Positions 19,086-28,696 of a stretch of DNA of 64,000 nucleotides are shown in pieces. The position numbers and the translations under genes were made by a program. The notes under the pieces were generated by a model. The model was not told the origin of the DNA. It ran no database searches and was given only the letters and a program-made list of their open reading frames with translations. Numbering within the stretch: position 1 is the first letter of the stretch; the number at the start of each line of letters is the position of its first letter. Where the stretch lies: IMG/VR virus record IMGVR_UViG_3300033146_004128, positions 1-64,000 of that record. The stretch is one strand, 5' to 3'. This stretch comes from a virus.

Positions 19086-20410
19086 TACTTACTGGAATGA
19101 AGATAGAGGGTTACAAAAATATTAGCTTTGTCGAGCTTGTACCTGATGCACATATGAATTTAGTGTCTGGTAAAAATGGCGCAGGAAAGTCGTCTCTTAT
19201 CGAGGCAATGATTGATGCTATAAAGGGCAAGACTGAAATGGGCAAGCGACCACAGCGCAAAATACAAAGAGGCAAAGAGAAGGCCGTAATTGAGGTTACG
19301 CTAGGTGAAGGGGATGAGGCACTAAAGATCAAGAGAACTATAACCCAAAAGGACGTCTACTTGAAAGCTGAGCGTGCAGACGGGAAACCTGTGTCTCAGA
19401 CAGACCTAGACAATCTACTTGATAGCTCTACGATAAACATAACAAAGCTATTGTTTATGAGCCCTAAAGATCAGGTTGATTTCATCAAGAGGATAGCCGG
19501 GATAGACACGTCTGAAGTAGAGAGCATATATAAGGAGCTATATGCAGAACGAACGGTTCTTAATAGAGCGCTCAAAGAGGCAGAAGGTGCACTGTCTTCT
19601 ATTGGCGAGGTAGAAGAGGTTGCCCGTGTATCGGTATCATCAATTATGGATGAGATAAAGAAGGCAGAGGAATCAAATAGAATAGGAGTTGATAGAGATA
19701 ATGAACTTGCGCATATTGAGATGGAGGCATCTGCTCTTGATGATAAGATGGGCACGGCTAGAGAGAGAATAGAGTATTATAACCAGGCGATACTTCAGCT
19801 AGAAGAAGAGATCAAGAGCAATGAAAAAGAGTATGAGAAGATGTCAGCAGAAGTAGCGAAACTCGCAGCAAAGAAGGTTCCGAAGAAAATAGATATAGAG
19901 CCGTTCAAAAAGAAGATTGATGACGCAGAGAGGATCAACGCAGATGCCCAGAAATATGATTCATATCTTTCCGCTAAGGACGCAGTTGCTAAGGCAAAGA
20001 AAAACACAGACAGCGTAAACAAAAAGATGTCGGATGCACTAGCAGAGAGGGAAAAGATAATCAAGGACAGCAGGCTTCCTTTTAAGAATGTTGAATTCGA
20101 CAAGGATCTCGGTCTGATTATCGGTGGTATTGCATTCAATGATATGTCAACTGCGCAACAGATAAGGGTAATGTCACGCATCTATATAGAGTCTAAGCCT
20201 GAGCTACAAGTAATCTATATCAAAGATGGAAGCCTACTAGATCCTGAGACACTATCGCAGATATCAGAGATGAGCGAGCTCAAGGATTATCAGTTCCTTG
20301 TAGAGGTTGTTGATGAGGTTGACGGGTCAATTATAATGAGAGAAGGATCAATTTATAATGAAGAAGAAAGTGGTGCTGAAAAGCAGGAAGAAAAACAAGA
20401 AAAACTGTAA
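19082..20410 (+). CDS. SMC/Rad50/RecF-like coiled-coil ABC ATPase
   Basis: GKNGAGKS Walker A, long coiled coil, MSTAQ signature, IYIKDGSLLD Walker B/D-loop variant. Confidence 0.85.
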   Translation: MILTGMKIEGYKNISFVELVPDAHMNLVSGKNGAGKSSLIEAMIDAIKGKTEMGKRPQRKIQRGKEKAVIEVTLGEGDEALKIKRTITQKDVYLKAERADGKPVSQTDLDNLLDSSTINITKLLFMSPKDQVDFIKRIAGIDTSEVESIYKELYAERTVLNRALKEAEGALSSIGEVEEVARVSVSSIMDEIKKAEESNRIGVDRDNELAHIEMEASALDDKMGTARERIEYYNQAILQLEEEIKSNEKEYEKMSAEVAKLAAKKVPKKIDIEPFKKKIDDAERINADAQKYDSYLSAKDAVAKAKKNTDSVNKKMSDALAEREKIIKDSRLPFKNVEFDKDLGLIIGGIAFNDMSTAQQIRVMSRIYIESKPELQVIYIKDGSLLDPETLSQISEMSELKDYQFLVEVVDEVDGSIIMREGSIYNEEESGAEKQEEKQEKL

Positions 20411-20419
20411 GGAGTACAG

Positions 20420-20758
20420 ATGAAATGCACAACAGTACCAAAACCAGAAGTGTTAAATGCATTGTATGGTATCGATGAGAGCAGGGAGATCCAGGTTAGC
20501 AGAGGAAAGGTGTGGTATTACATGTACGAGAATGACACTCTCAGGAGCTTTGTAGAGGCATGTACGCTGCTCGAAGACTTAAAGAATCACTACCTAGAGG
20601 CATTGTCCATCCCGTACCAGATTGGGGCAGAGCTACCCTTTGGAGGACAGAACATTAGAGCCACAGCGAATGGACAAGAGGGTGCCTTTGGAGGCAGTGA
20701 GTTTGATGCATTTATCAATATGGCAAATAAAGCAGCTGATAAAGGAGTTTTTAAATGA
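20420..20758 (+). CDS. hypothetical protein
   Basis: AAGGAG RBS. Confidence 0.75.
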   Translation: MKCTTVPKPEVLNALYGIDESREIQVSRGKVWYYMYENDTLRSFVEACTLLEDLKNHYLEALSIPYQIGAELPFGGQNIRATANGQEGAFGGSEFDAFINMANKAADKGVFK

Positions 20759-21060
20759 GCCAAAAAATCATACGTGAAGAAGTAAGAAAAGCAGAGGACT
20801 CGTTTGCAAAGCTTGAGGGGCACATGCAGGCAGCCATAGACGAGATGTTTCCATCTCATTCTGCATATGGACCAATAGAAGGAATGCTTGTGTATCAGCC
20901 ACCAGAAGGCAACGATGCTCACAGGGAAACGAGGCTAATCAGAAGCCTTTTGGATGACACAAGAGACCAGTTAAGAGAGATAATGTATTCTCTAAGAGAT
21001 GCAAGATCAGACTTTGTAGGTATATATCAGGAGGGAAATGATGTCAAAGATACTGACTGA
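20755..21060 (+). CDS. hypothetical protein
   Basis: ATGA-coupled. Confidence 0.75.
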   Translation: MSQKIIREEVRKAEDSFAKLEGHMQAAIDEMFPSHSAYGPIEGMLVYQPPEGNDAHRETRLIRSLLDDTRDQLREIMYSLRDARSDFVGIYQEGNDVKDTD

Positions 21061-21319
21061 TCATGAGTTGCTAGATATTGTAAAGGCTGCTATAGTTGGG
21101 GAAGAGATTGACGATAGAGATACATATATTCAATTCCTTGAGGATATTGCTGACGTGGTTACGGACTACTTTGGCGGAGAGGCTGGATCTGCAGATTATG
21201 AAGATGAAGAATATTATGTAGCAATAAGAGTAAATGAGAGCGTCCCAGATGACGGTGGGATATATAGAGACTATGACACAGATGTGACATGGATGAATGG
21301 AAAGGAAGTTGAATGCTAA
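21041..21319 (+). CDS. hypothetical acidic protein
   Basis: GGAGG RBS. Confidence 0.75.
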   Translation: MSKILTDHELLDIVKAAIVGEEIDDRDTYIQFLEDIADVVTDYFGGEAGSADYEDEEYYVAIRVNESVPDDGGIYRDYDTDVTWMNGKEVEC

Positions 21320-21642
21320 AAGAAAATAGCTATTACATTGTTGAAGAAGACGGAATCACCGTAGGGTTTGAATATACTCCGCTGTATACGAACTACGAAG
21401 CATCAAGCCCACGGAAAGTTCCGAAGGGGATACTTGTAAAAACATCAGAAGTGTCAGAAACTACAGATTTCTACGACGGTATGCCTGTAACAACAACAGA
21501 CTTCAAGTGTCTCCTGTCTGGATTCCCAAGAGAATCAAGCTATGGCAATAGCACACTTGGATGGGTTAGTTGCTCACAGATGGATGAATCCAAACTTAGA
21601 GAGCTAACAGAAGAAGAATATGACAAGCTGTATAGGGCATAG
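21313..21642 (+). CDS. hypothetical protein
   Basis: Coupled ORF. Confidence 0.7.
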   Translation: MLKENSYYIVEEDGITVGFEYTPLYTNYEASSPRKVPKGILVKTSEVSETTDFYDGMPVTTTDFKCLLSGFPRESSYGNSTLGWVSCSQMDESKLRELTEEEYDKLYRA

Positions 21643-21644
21643 AT

Positions 21645-21845
21645 ATGACAAAAGAAGATCTAATTTCCTGGGCGCAGAGTATCCCAGACGGAAAGGATAT
21701 CGATTTCATCATATGCGATCACAGTGATAACTTTGATGCAGACCATGTGACAACCCTTGAGTATAATGGAAGTTATGAACTTATTCTTGGACTAGACGAA
21801 GAATTTACAATAATTAGAGAGGAGGTAGATGATGTCTGCCAGTGA
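21645..21845 (+). CDS. hypothetical acidic protein
   Basis: Coupled ORF. Confidence 0.7.
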   Translation: MTKEDLISWAQSIPDGKDIDFIICDHSDNFDADHVTTLEYNGSYELILGLDEEFTIIREEVDDVCQ

Positions 21846-22050
21846 CATAGTTTTACTATTTAAGGCACTTGGCATTCTTGACCATATAATATCTGTAGCA
21901 AGTCACGACTTTGGCTTCTGGGATGAAGAGGAATTAGCGGACACACTCACCTATATGCCACAAGAGGACATATTGGTTAGACTGCTTGGTAAAAACGACA
22001 GGTACACTAAGATGTACAATAAAACTATAAATGAAAAGGTTAGAAAATGA
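21832..22050 (+). CDS. hypothetical protein
   Basis: GGAGG RBS. Confidence 0.7.
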   Translation: MSASDIVLLFKALGILDHIISVASHDFGFWDEEELADTLTYMPQEDILVRLLGKNDRYTKMYNKTINEKVRK

Positions 22051-22718
22051 ATTATATTGAGAAGATGAGCCAGAAGCAAGACTCCCTAAACGAGCACACA
22101 GTAAAAGGTTGGTTGAGTGTAGGAAACCCATTTAGGAGAGCTCTATGGTTAGAAGCCGCAGAGGCAATGGAGAGTACACCATGGAAGTGGTGGAAAGATG
22201 GAAAGCTAGATATTGGTAATCTTAAGGTGGAGTCTATCGACATGATGCATTTTGCACTCAGTGTAGTACTTCAGAGCGGATATTCAGGTTGGCAGTGGTT
22301 GGACAATGAAGTAACAGCTGCGTTTGACAGAGATTTGAAGATACCAGATGATAGGATCCCTGAAAATATCATGAATCTTATTGAGACAATCGTGATGCAA
22401 ACATTTGCAGACTCAATGGCAAGCCATGGGCCCCATGAAATAATTATAACGCTTGCAGAGCTTATGAATATGATTGGTATGGATCGTGACGAGATGTACA
22501 AATTGTATATGGGAAAAAATATCCTAAATGAGTTCAGGCAGAATCATGGTTACAAAGAAGGTACATATGACAAAGAATGGTTCGGGGAAGAAGATAATGT
22601 GTTCATGACAAATGCACTTTCAGAAATAGGAATATCTGATCACTTCGAAGATGACCTATACAAAGCCCTTGAAGGTGGATATAAAGAGGTTCAAGATGCT
22701 AAAGAAAGTAAGCATTAA
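22047..22718 (+). CDS. dut: dimeric all-alpha dUTPase (Campylobacter type)
   Basis: EAAEAMESTPWKWWK, VESIDMMHF, KNILNEFRQNHGYKEG. Confidence 0.92.
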   Translation: MNYIEKMSQKQDSLNEHTVKGWLSVGNPFRRALWLEAAEAMESTPWKWWKDGKLDIGNLKVESIDMMHFALSVVLQSGYSGWQWLDNEVTAAFDRDLKIPDDRIPENIMNLIETIVMQTFADSMASHGPHEIIITLAELMNMIGMDRDEMYKLYMGKNILNEFRQNHGYKEGTYDKEWFGEEDNVFMTNALSEIGISDHFEDDLYKALEGGYKEVQDAKESKH

Positions 22719-23031
22719 AAGTACACAAGAGCTATATGACGAGGGTCCAGAGGCATTTATGTTTATGCCGTACAGATCAGCTATAGCATACAAGAAAGCA
22801 AAGGCACGCAAGATACTTGGAGAGGAACTTTCGGTCCACTATCTCGACCAAGACTCAGCAAGAGTTACGACTGAATACAAAGCAGGGGAGTTTAACTCTT
22901 CTCTGCTTGACGAAATGGAGTCAGCTCTGCGCATAATGGGAATAGAAAACCACAACGAAATGTTCAAAGAGATGGAAAATGCGTGTGAGGATATACTTAA
23001 AAAATACATAAGCAAAAAGGAAGATGCATGA
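22696..23031 (+). CDS. hypothetical protein
   Basis: Start adjusted to ATG22696. Confidence 0.7.
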   Translation: MLKKVSIKSTQELYDEGPEAFMFMPYRSAIAYKKAKARKILGEELSVHYLDQDSARVTTEYKAGEFNSSLLDEMESALRIMGIENHNEMFKEMENACEDILKKYISKKEDA

Positions 23032-23219
23032 AACTATTTGCATATTGTAGTGGGCACATGTGCGGAATAAAAGATGAATGTCTCAGGAACCATAAGCATC
23101 GAAAGCTATTAGAAAAAAAGATAGATACACGAGGTCTAAGGTATGTTGAGTCAACACTATGTGTAAAGCATAAGCACAACAACTTCATACCGGCAGACAC
23201 TTATGCAGAGAAGGAGTAG
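23028..23219 (+). CDS. small Cys/His-rich protein
   Basis: YCSGHMC...CLR...C, probable metal-binding. Confidence 0.65.
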   Translation: MKLFAYCSGHMCGIKDECLRNHKHRKLLEKKIDTRGLRYVESTLCVKHKHNNFIPADTYAEKE

Positions 23220-23221
23220 AA

Positions 23222-24154
23222 ATGTATCCTATTCTAACAGAGTCTATAGTTATGGGTGAAATAGAGCAATACAGAGAAGAGTGGGAGCGTGACGGTGATT
23301 GGTGGTGGGGTATCACCAACAAGTACAGTAATGCTCCATATGGGTATGATGTAAATGTGTACCAAGAAGAAGAAGGTGGACCGCTAAAAGCTGTTGCGTA
23401 TAAACTTGGCCCAGCTGGCGCAGACGGAATTCCATCAGCAACATGGACATACGGAGATATAGTATTGATGTATATGGTCCCAACAAAAGAAGAATATAAG
23501 GAAAGATCAATGCTGGATATAAACAATTTTAAAATAGATAAAAAAACAATGGGTGAAATAAAGGCTAGCGCTATAGAAGAGGCACTGGATATTGATTATT
23601 CAACAGCACTGTCATGTCATGCAAGAAAAGCCACAAGAGCCAGCAAGGATTGCTCATATACGCTATCGTTTGCACGTGGAAGCATAAAAAATGAGTATGC
23701 AATTCAGGTATATGAAGGCACAAATACAAGATGTGAATATCTAATTTTGAACATGTTCATAAGAGATGGAAGCGTGACAAGAAGTGATGGGTTAAAAGTG
23801 TACAGTCTTGTCGAAGCCATGGCGAATATAGAGAAAAATCATCATGTTAAAATGATTGATTTGTCAAACAATCGTAGATCAATGAGTTATGACTACGATG
23901 AAGACAGAATAGTATTTGGAGATGGCGCAACAATGCGTAATGCAAAGGTATCGAAGAGAGTGTGGATAGAGGAACCAGACACAGCAAGAAGTGCAAGCCT
24001 TATGGCACTGCATAGAGCGTCATACTATAATGGTAAGCTTGTGTCTGTTGACGGAAAAAAAGACATGCTAGTAAGCATAGGAGATTGCAACATCAGCGGT
24101 AACAATGATGATGAATATCTTGTAGCAGTATACAAAGTAAATAAGGAGAAGTAA
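23222..24154 (+). CDS. hypothetical two-domain protein
   Basis: Internal in-frame ATG23510 preceded by an AAGGA RBS. Confidence 0.75.
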   Translation: MYPILTESIVMGEIEQYREEWERDGDWWWGITNKYSNAPYGYDVNVYQEEEGGPLKAVAYKLGPAGADGIPSATWTYGDIVLMYMVPTKEEYKERSMLDINNFKIDKKTMGEIKASAIEEALDIDYSTALSCHARKATRASKDCSYTLSFARGSIKNEYAIQVYEGTNTRCEYLILNMFIRDGSVTRSDGLKVYSLVEAMANIEKNHHVKMIDLSNNRRSMSYDYDEDRIVFGDGATMRNAKVSKRVWIEEPDTARSASLMALHRASYYNGKLVSVDGKKDMLVSIGDCNISGNNDDEYLVAVYKVNKEK

Positions 24155-24555
24155 TGGGATCAAGAACATATGGGTGCTGGGACTTAATTGTCTCAGACAG
24201 TAAGATAAAAGAATATGCACCGGTATCATACAGCAGACTGTATTCATTTCTTGAAGATCATGATATGGACAGCATGGCATTATGGCAAGCAACAACAGAT
24301 GGGTTTGACTCAGGTGACATATATGAACTTGGCGACAAGACTGAAGACGAATTAGAGTCAGAGTTCTATCAGCTTATTGAAGACTTTGTCTCCGAAGTGT
24401 ATGCAATGACAGGGATAACCATATTCCCTACATATGTAGATAATGAGGCTGACAGCGAGTACGCAGGATACACAAAGTGGGCTGCCCCACTACTGCTTGA
24501 CCCAAGGGTAGAGAAGCTTGGTGCAAAAATGGTTGTGTGGACGGAGTTCGGATGA
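24154..24555 (+). CDS. hypothetical acidic protein
   Basis: TAATG coupling. Confidence 0.75.
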   Translation: MGSRTYGCWDLIVSDSKIKEYAPVSYSRLYSFLEDHDMDSMALWQATTDGFDSGDIYELGDKTEDELESEFYQLIEDFVSEVYAMTGITIFPTYVDNEADSEYAGYTKWAAPLLLDPRVEKLGAKMVVWTEFG

Positions 24556-24881
24556 TTGATATTAAAGATGTATTATTTCTAGACACTTTGTCTGAAGAGA
24601 AAGTTAAAACGCAATCTTACATAGATGAGTATGGATGTTCAATACTGTCTACGTTGGTTGATGGGCATCACGGAAGGTATGTCCCATATATGTTTCTTGA
24701 AATGATGGGGGAGCACTGGAATGAAGATGATGAGTTTATTCACGAGCGTACGCTTGAAGTGCTAGAACAGGCAACAGGTGCGCTTGGAAACGCAATGAAA
24801 GATGATGAGTACAGAATAGATTATCATCCTGATGATGGATCTATCTGTATATTTTATGGGCAATGCAAGGAGGATTTTTAA
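24552..24881 (+). CDS. hypothetical acidic protein
   Basis: ATGA coupling; HHGRYVP motif. Confidence 0.7.
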   Translation: MIDIKDVLFLDTLSEEKVKTQSYIDEYGCSILSTLVDGHHGRYVPYMFLEMMGEHWNEDDEFIHERTLEVLEQATGALGNAMKDDEYRIDYHPDDGSICIFYGQCKEDF

Positions 24882-25111
24882 TGCAGGCAAGACAACCAGA
24901 AGATGCACTATGTGCATACGAGAGGGTAACGTGCGAGGTAAATCTTGCTAACTTGGTAATATCATTATGTTTGCATACTGAACCTGAAGAATATTCTGAT
25001 GGAGAGGTGATGGATATTGTAATGGAAGTATGCAATTTTGCAAGAAACGAAGAATCATACAAGATAAGGGACTATCTTGCAGAGCAGGATCTCGTTAAGG
25101 AGATAAGATGA
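24881..25111 (+). CDS. hypothetical protein
   Basis: TAATG coupling, AGGAGG RBS. Confidence 0.7.
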   Translation: MQARQPEDALCAYERVTCEVNLANLVISLCLHTEPEEYSDGEVMDIVMEVCNFARNEESYKIRDYLAEQDLVKEIR

Positions 25112-25401
25112 TAGAAACGATGCTGGTGGTGTCAACAGCTCATGTAACGCTAAATGACAACACTTTGTTTACAGAGAGTAAATCTATGGACGGAATACCT
25201 ATCTTCACAAAGTATGACGGTGGATGGATGTTCTATGGAGGGCTGGAAAGAAAAGAGCTTCTAGACGGTCTAAAAGAGGCAGGAGTGAGTATGTATGCAA
25301 CAAGACTTATTGAGTATGCATTCATCACACTAAAAGTGAGGTATCTAATGATAGATATGGACGGGGATACGCTACCAGAGTTCCCTATATTTGATTGGTA
25401 G
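25108..25401 (+). CDS. DUF5983-like phage protein
   Basis: VSTAHVT...YDGGW...YLMIDMDG...PIFDW. Confidence 0.6.
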   Translation: MIETMLVVSTAHVTLNDNTLFTESKSMDGIPIFTKYDGGWMFYGGLERKELLDGLKEAGVSMYATRLIEYAFITLKVRYLMIDMDGDTLPEFPIFDW

Positions 25402-25411
25402 AAAGGAGAAA

Positions 25412-25579
25412 ATGATGAAAGAGGAATACGTCTATGCTCATGAGTTCGAGCAGTATGTGAAGGATTGGGTACAGCAAACAATTGATATGCTGTCGCCACA
25501 ACAGCTGATGGTAGGCTGTGTTGTGCTTGACGCAGCAGCGAAACTTGGAGTTGAAAAACAATGGCCACCGGAAAATTAA
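25412..25579 (+). CDS. hypothetical protein
   Basis: AAGGAG RBS. Confidence 0.6.
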   Translation: MMKEEYVYAHEFEQYVKDWVQQTIDMLSPQQLMVGCVVLDAAAKLGVEKQWPPEN

Positions 25580-26505
25580 GGAGTCCTCTTACCGAGGACA
25601 ATGTTCTGGATATATTCCAAGACATGGATGGTTTTGCTGTAAATATGAGCAAGATAAAGAGCAGCGTGCTGGCAAAAACGTATGGATGGAGCGATGAGGA
25701 AAAGATGACAAAGGAAATTCCTTTTGATCTTGACATGTCAAATATAGATGTTCCATCATACGAGAGTAGAAATATCTCTGACCTATGGAATCTTATCAAG
25801 CAGTGTATGGAGTTTATGAGAATTGACATGTCACACATTGACAGTTTTATAAATGAATATGTTGACGAAGATAACGACCCGGACTATGAAATGTTCCTAA
25901 AGTACACCAGAGGCTCAACACTGCCAATCAATGAATATGTTGACGAGTTCGTGAGGCTTCTTAATGATGATGGTGTTGTGTGTGATTTTGCAGAGGAATA
26001 CGGGGAGAGAGGGTATTTCAAAGAGAAAGAAGGTAACGTTATAGTTACAGGTGACTGGAATTATCTTGCAGGATCCATATATGATATTATTGAGGAGAAC
26101 GGGTATGAGATGGAGTGGAGTGACCAGTGGATAATGGATTATGATACACAGGAGATATTCAAAAGCAATGGTGATGAGCAGGGTGAACTTAGCTACTTCT
26201 GGATAAGTGAATGCGAGATAGCATCCATAGAAGGAAATGAAGAAGCGTATATAGAATATGTTTCTATGGAGAGACAAGACTCTATAGACTCTGTAAAGCT
26301 TGGGGTAAGCTGGATAGACTATGAAGAGTATGGGTATGAAGATATTGAGAAGTCGTGTCATGAAACAGGCATGTATGGAATATGGGAAGACCCTAGAGAA
26401 GCATATGATAAATTTAAACATGAGTATGAAAGAATAGTGTACGTTCTGTGTAGTGCGAATCCGTTTGCAACAAGATGGAAGCTGTACGGAAAGGGAAAAG
26501 TATGA
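25561..26505 (+). CDS. hypothetical highly acidic protein
   Basis: 314 aa, D/E-rich, internal INEYVDE duplication. Confidence 0.8.
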   Translation: MATGKLRSPLTEDNVLDIFQDMDGFAVNMSKIKSSVLAKTYGWSDEEKMTKEIPFDLDMSNIDVPSYESRNISDLWNLIKQCMEFMRIDMSHIDSFINEYVDEDNDPDYEMFLKYTRGSTLPINEYVDEFVRLLNDDGVVCDFAEEYGERGYFKEKEGNVIVTGDWNYLAGSIYDIIEENGYEMEWSDQWIMDYDTQEIFKSNGDEQGELSYFWISECEIASIEGNEEAYIEYVSMERQDSIDSVKLGVSWIDYEEYGYEDIEKSCHETGMYGIWEDPREAYDKFKHEYERIVYVLCSANPFATRWKLYGKGKV

Positions 26506-26606
26506 TTCAGTTTTTAGGGGCAATCCTTATGGGTGTATCTGTCGCAATACTGGTGTCGAAAGACTTAAGAAAAATGCTAGGAGAAAAAAATGACGAAGAA
26601 GAATAA
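26502..26606 (+). CDS. small membrane protein (34 aa)
   Basis: ATGA-coupled, hydrophobic N-terminus. Confidence 0.5.
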   Translation: MIQFLGAILMGVSVAILVSKDLRKMLGEKNDEEE

Positions 26607-27174
26607 ATTGAGAGCTGCAGGAAAGAATGTACTTGACGTCATAAGAATGGTGGAGAGTGGAACCGGTGATGGAAGAATACCGGCAAGCTATAGACCTATG
26701 ATAAAAGGACTGGCTACTGATGCTTTGAACGTGGAAGACTGCCCTGAGAGTGGTAGTGGAATTGTTAAGATATTCTTAGAAGATGATCTTGTAACCAATA
26801 GAGATCTTATGACTGCGTTGGTACAGGGATGTACTGTTTACGGAGAAGATGGTGAAACGCTGTGGCTGAATGAACGTGGACAATTATCCACTCATGGGAT
26901 AAACGCATCTCAGGTGCTGACATCTTGCACAAACTGGAAGGTTGGTGGGGAATACGACTGGTATCTTATTGGAAGGGATCTTGCTGATGGATGTAACTTC
27001 AGGGTTGAGTGTATGTGCTACAACAAAGGTACCGGATGGAGAGAAGATAGGATTGTAGGATACATACCTGCCCTTGACGCCCCTTATGTTGGAGAGAATA
27101 AGACGTTCTACACACAGGTAATCGTGTTGAAATCTCCTAGTAATTATGAACTACCAAAAATGGAGCTAACATAA
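26590..27174 (+). CDS. hypothetical protein
   Basis: AGGAG RBS. Confidence 0.75.
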   Translation: MTKKNKLRAAGKNVLDVIRMVESGTGDGRIPASYRPMIKGLATDALNVEDCPESGSGIVKIFLEDDLVTNRDLMTALVQGCTVYGEDGETLWLNERGQLSTHGINASQVLTSCTNWKVGGEYDWYLIGRDLADGCNFRVECMCYNKGTGWREDRIVGYIPALDAPYVGENKTFYTQVIVLKSPSNYELPKMELT

Positions 27175-27392
27175 TGGAAAAATTAAGAACAAAAGGCGAT
27201 TATATGAAAGCTGTTCAGTCTATGGATGATAGAGTTAAGGAGATGGACTCTGCGATTCCAATGGGACTATCAAAGGCTCTGTTTGACATGGGTGTGGATC
27301 CATCAATGTATGTAATGGTATATTGGAAAACGGGAAACCACGAAGCTGTAAATGTTGCTGCGCACTGGGCAATACTAGAAAACAATAAGTAG
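27174..27392 (+). CDS. hypothetical protein
   Basis: TAATG coupling. Confidence 0.7.
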   Translation: MEKLRTKGDYMKAVQSMDDRVKEMDSAIPMGLSKALFDMGVDPSMYVMVYWKTGNHEAVNVAAHWAILENNK

Positions 27393-27400
27393 GAGAAAAA

Positions 27401-27874
27401 ATGAAAAAATTAGACGTTGAAGACTGGGCTGTAAAGGCAGTCAAGAGTGGTGAACACGACCACGGGTATTTCTTCTCAGGAAACCTGTATAGAGGTGCAA
27501 GAAAAGTAGCTGAGTTCACAGAGAGCGGATGGGGTGGGCCTATGGATATCCGATATCTAGATGATGATGCAGAAAGTGATTTTATGTCACTTGCGCATAT
27601 ACTGCAAGGAGATGAATATTCCGAGGCTGACGCTATTCTTATAATGGACATGGTCAATGAGTATGAGTTTAAAAAGAAAGTAAAAAGGGATAGAAAAAAG
27701 AAAACGTATTTCACTGTGTATATCGATGATGAAGATACCACATACGCATTAGACACACCATACTCTGAACGTGCAGTAAAGATGATACTTAACGAAAAAG
27801 GAGACATCGTAATTGCGAATGAAGAATTCGATATCTATCCCGATGGTGTAGAGAAGGTTTATAGAGATGAATAA
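27401..27874 (+). CDS. conserved phage hypothetical protein
   Basis: FSGNLY...KVAEFTESGWGGP motif. Confidence 0.75.
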   Translation: MKKLDVEDWAVKAVKSGEHDHGYFFSGNLYRGARKVAEFTESGWGGPMDIRYLDDDAESDFMSLAHILQGDEYSEADAILIMDMVNEYEFKKKVKRDRKKKTYFTVYIDDEDTTYALDTPYSERAVKMILNEKGDIVIANEEFDIYPDGVEKVYRDE

Positions 27875-28331
27875 GTATCAAGCAATAATGGAAAACGCAT
27901 TGCGTGAGACAGTTGGCCAGATGATATATGATGGAAATCCATTTTCAATAATCATCGCTACGGCATCTCCCTGGGAGTTTCCCTTACCAAGAGAACTTGC
28001 AGAATCTAAATTTATGAAGCTTACTATTGCAGGATGGTCTCTTGAGCAAGCATATGTAGATCCGGATGATATAAATAGGATGTTTGTTCGGGTAGCATTC
28101 GGAGATGAAGAAAACTCAAAGTTTATAAACTTCTCAGAAATACATGCCGTTATGGATAGTGATGACTCTCCATTGTTCCAGAGGGTGTTTGATTCCAGAG
28201 AGATAGAGAAGCCACTTACGATGAGGGGTCTTATGCTAGACGCAGACAATATGCCCAAAGAGGGAATGGATAGAAGCATGAAATCAATGATTGATAAAAA
28301 TCCGCATCTAAAAAAAAGGAGGAAAGAATGA
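27867..28331 (+). CDS. possible SspB-like protease-adaptor fold protein
   Basis: IAGWSLEQ...FVRVAFGDE...INFSEIHAV resembles a conserved Campylobacterota SspB-like protein (recalled, not searched). Confidence 0.4.
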   Translation: MNKYQAIMENALRETVGQMIYDGNPFSIIIATASPWEFPLPRELAESKFMKLTIAGWSLEQAYVDPDDINRMFVRVAFGDEENSKFINFSEIHAVMDSDDSPLFQRVFDSREIEKPLTMRGLMLDADNMPKEGMDRSMKSMIDKNPHLKKRRKE

Positions 28332-28675
28332 TAGAGACAGTAAATCTTAGCATTGAAGAGTGGGAAGATAAGTACGATCCCATAATTGATCCAGATACAG
28401 AACAAGAGAGGCACTTTCATTGGGCTGGCAAAGATGAGAAGGATCTGTATGAGGAGCTAGACAAGCTTGATCCTGATAACAGATTCCTGCACGTATGGAC
28501 ACTTATGACTAACGACATAGGTGACATGTGTATATGCAATGGATGGCACATGGTAAACAGGATGGACTACATAGTCACAGCAGAGCCGTGGGGAACAGCA
28601 GACAACTACAAAGATGTTGACATCTACGTTGACTATATGGGTGATGCAAAGGATTTTAATAGTGATTTTGAATAA
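28328..28675 (+). CDS. conserved phage hypothetical protein
   Basis: VWTL...NGWHMVNRMDYIVT motif. Confidence 0.75.
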   Translation: MIETVNLSIEEWEDKYDPIIDPDTEQERHFHWAGKDEKDLYEELDKLDPDNRFLHVWTLMTNDIGDMCICNGWHMVNRMDYIVTAEPWGTADNYKDVDIYVDYMGDAKDFNSDFE

Positions 28676-28696
28676 AGAAAAATATAGGAGGAAAAT

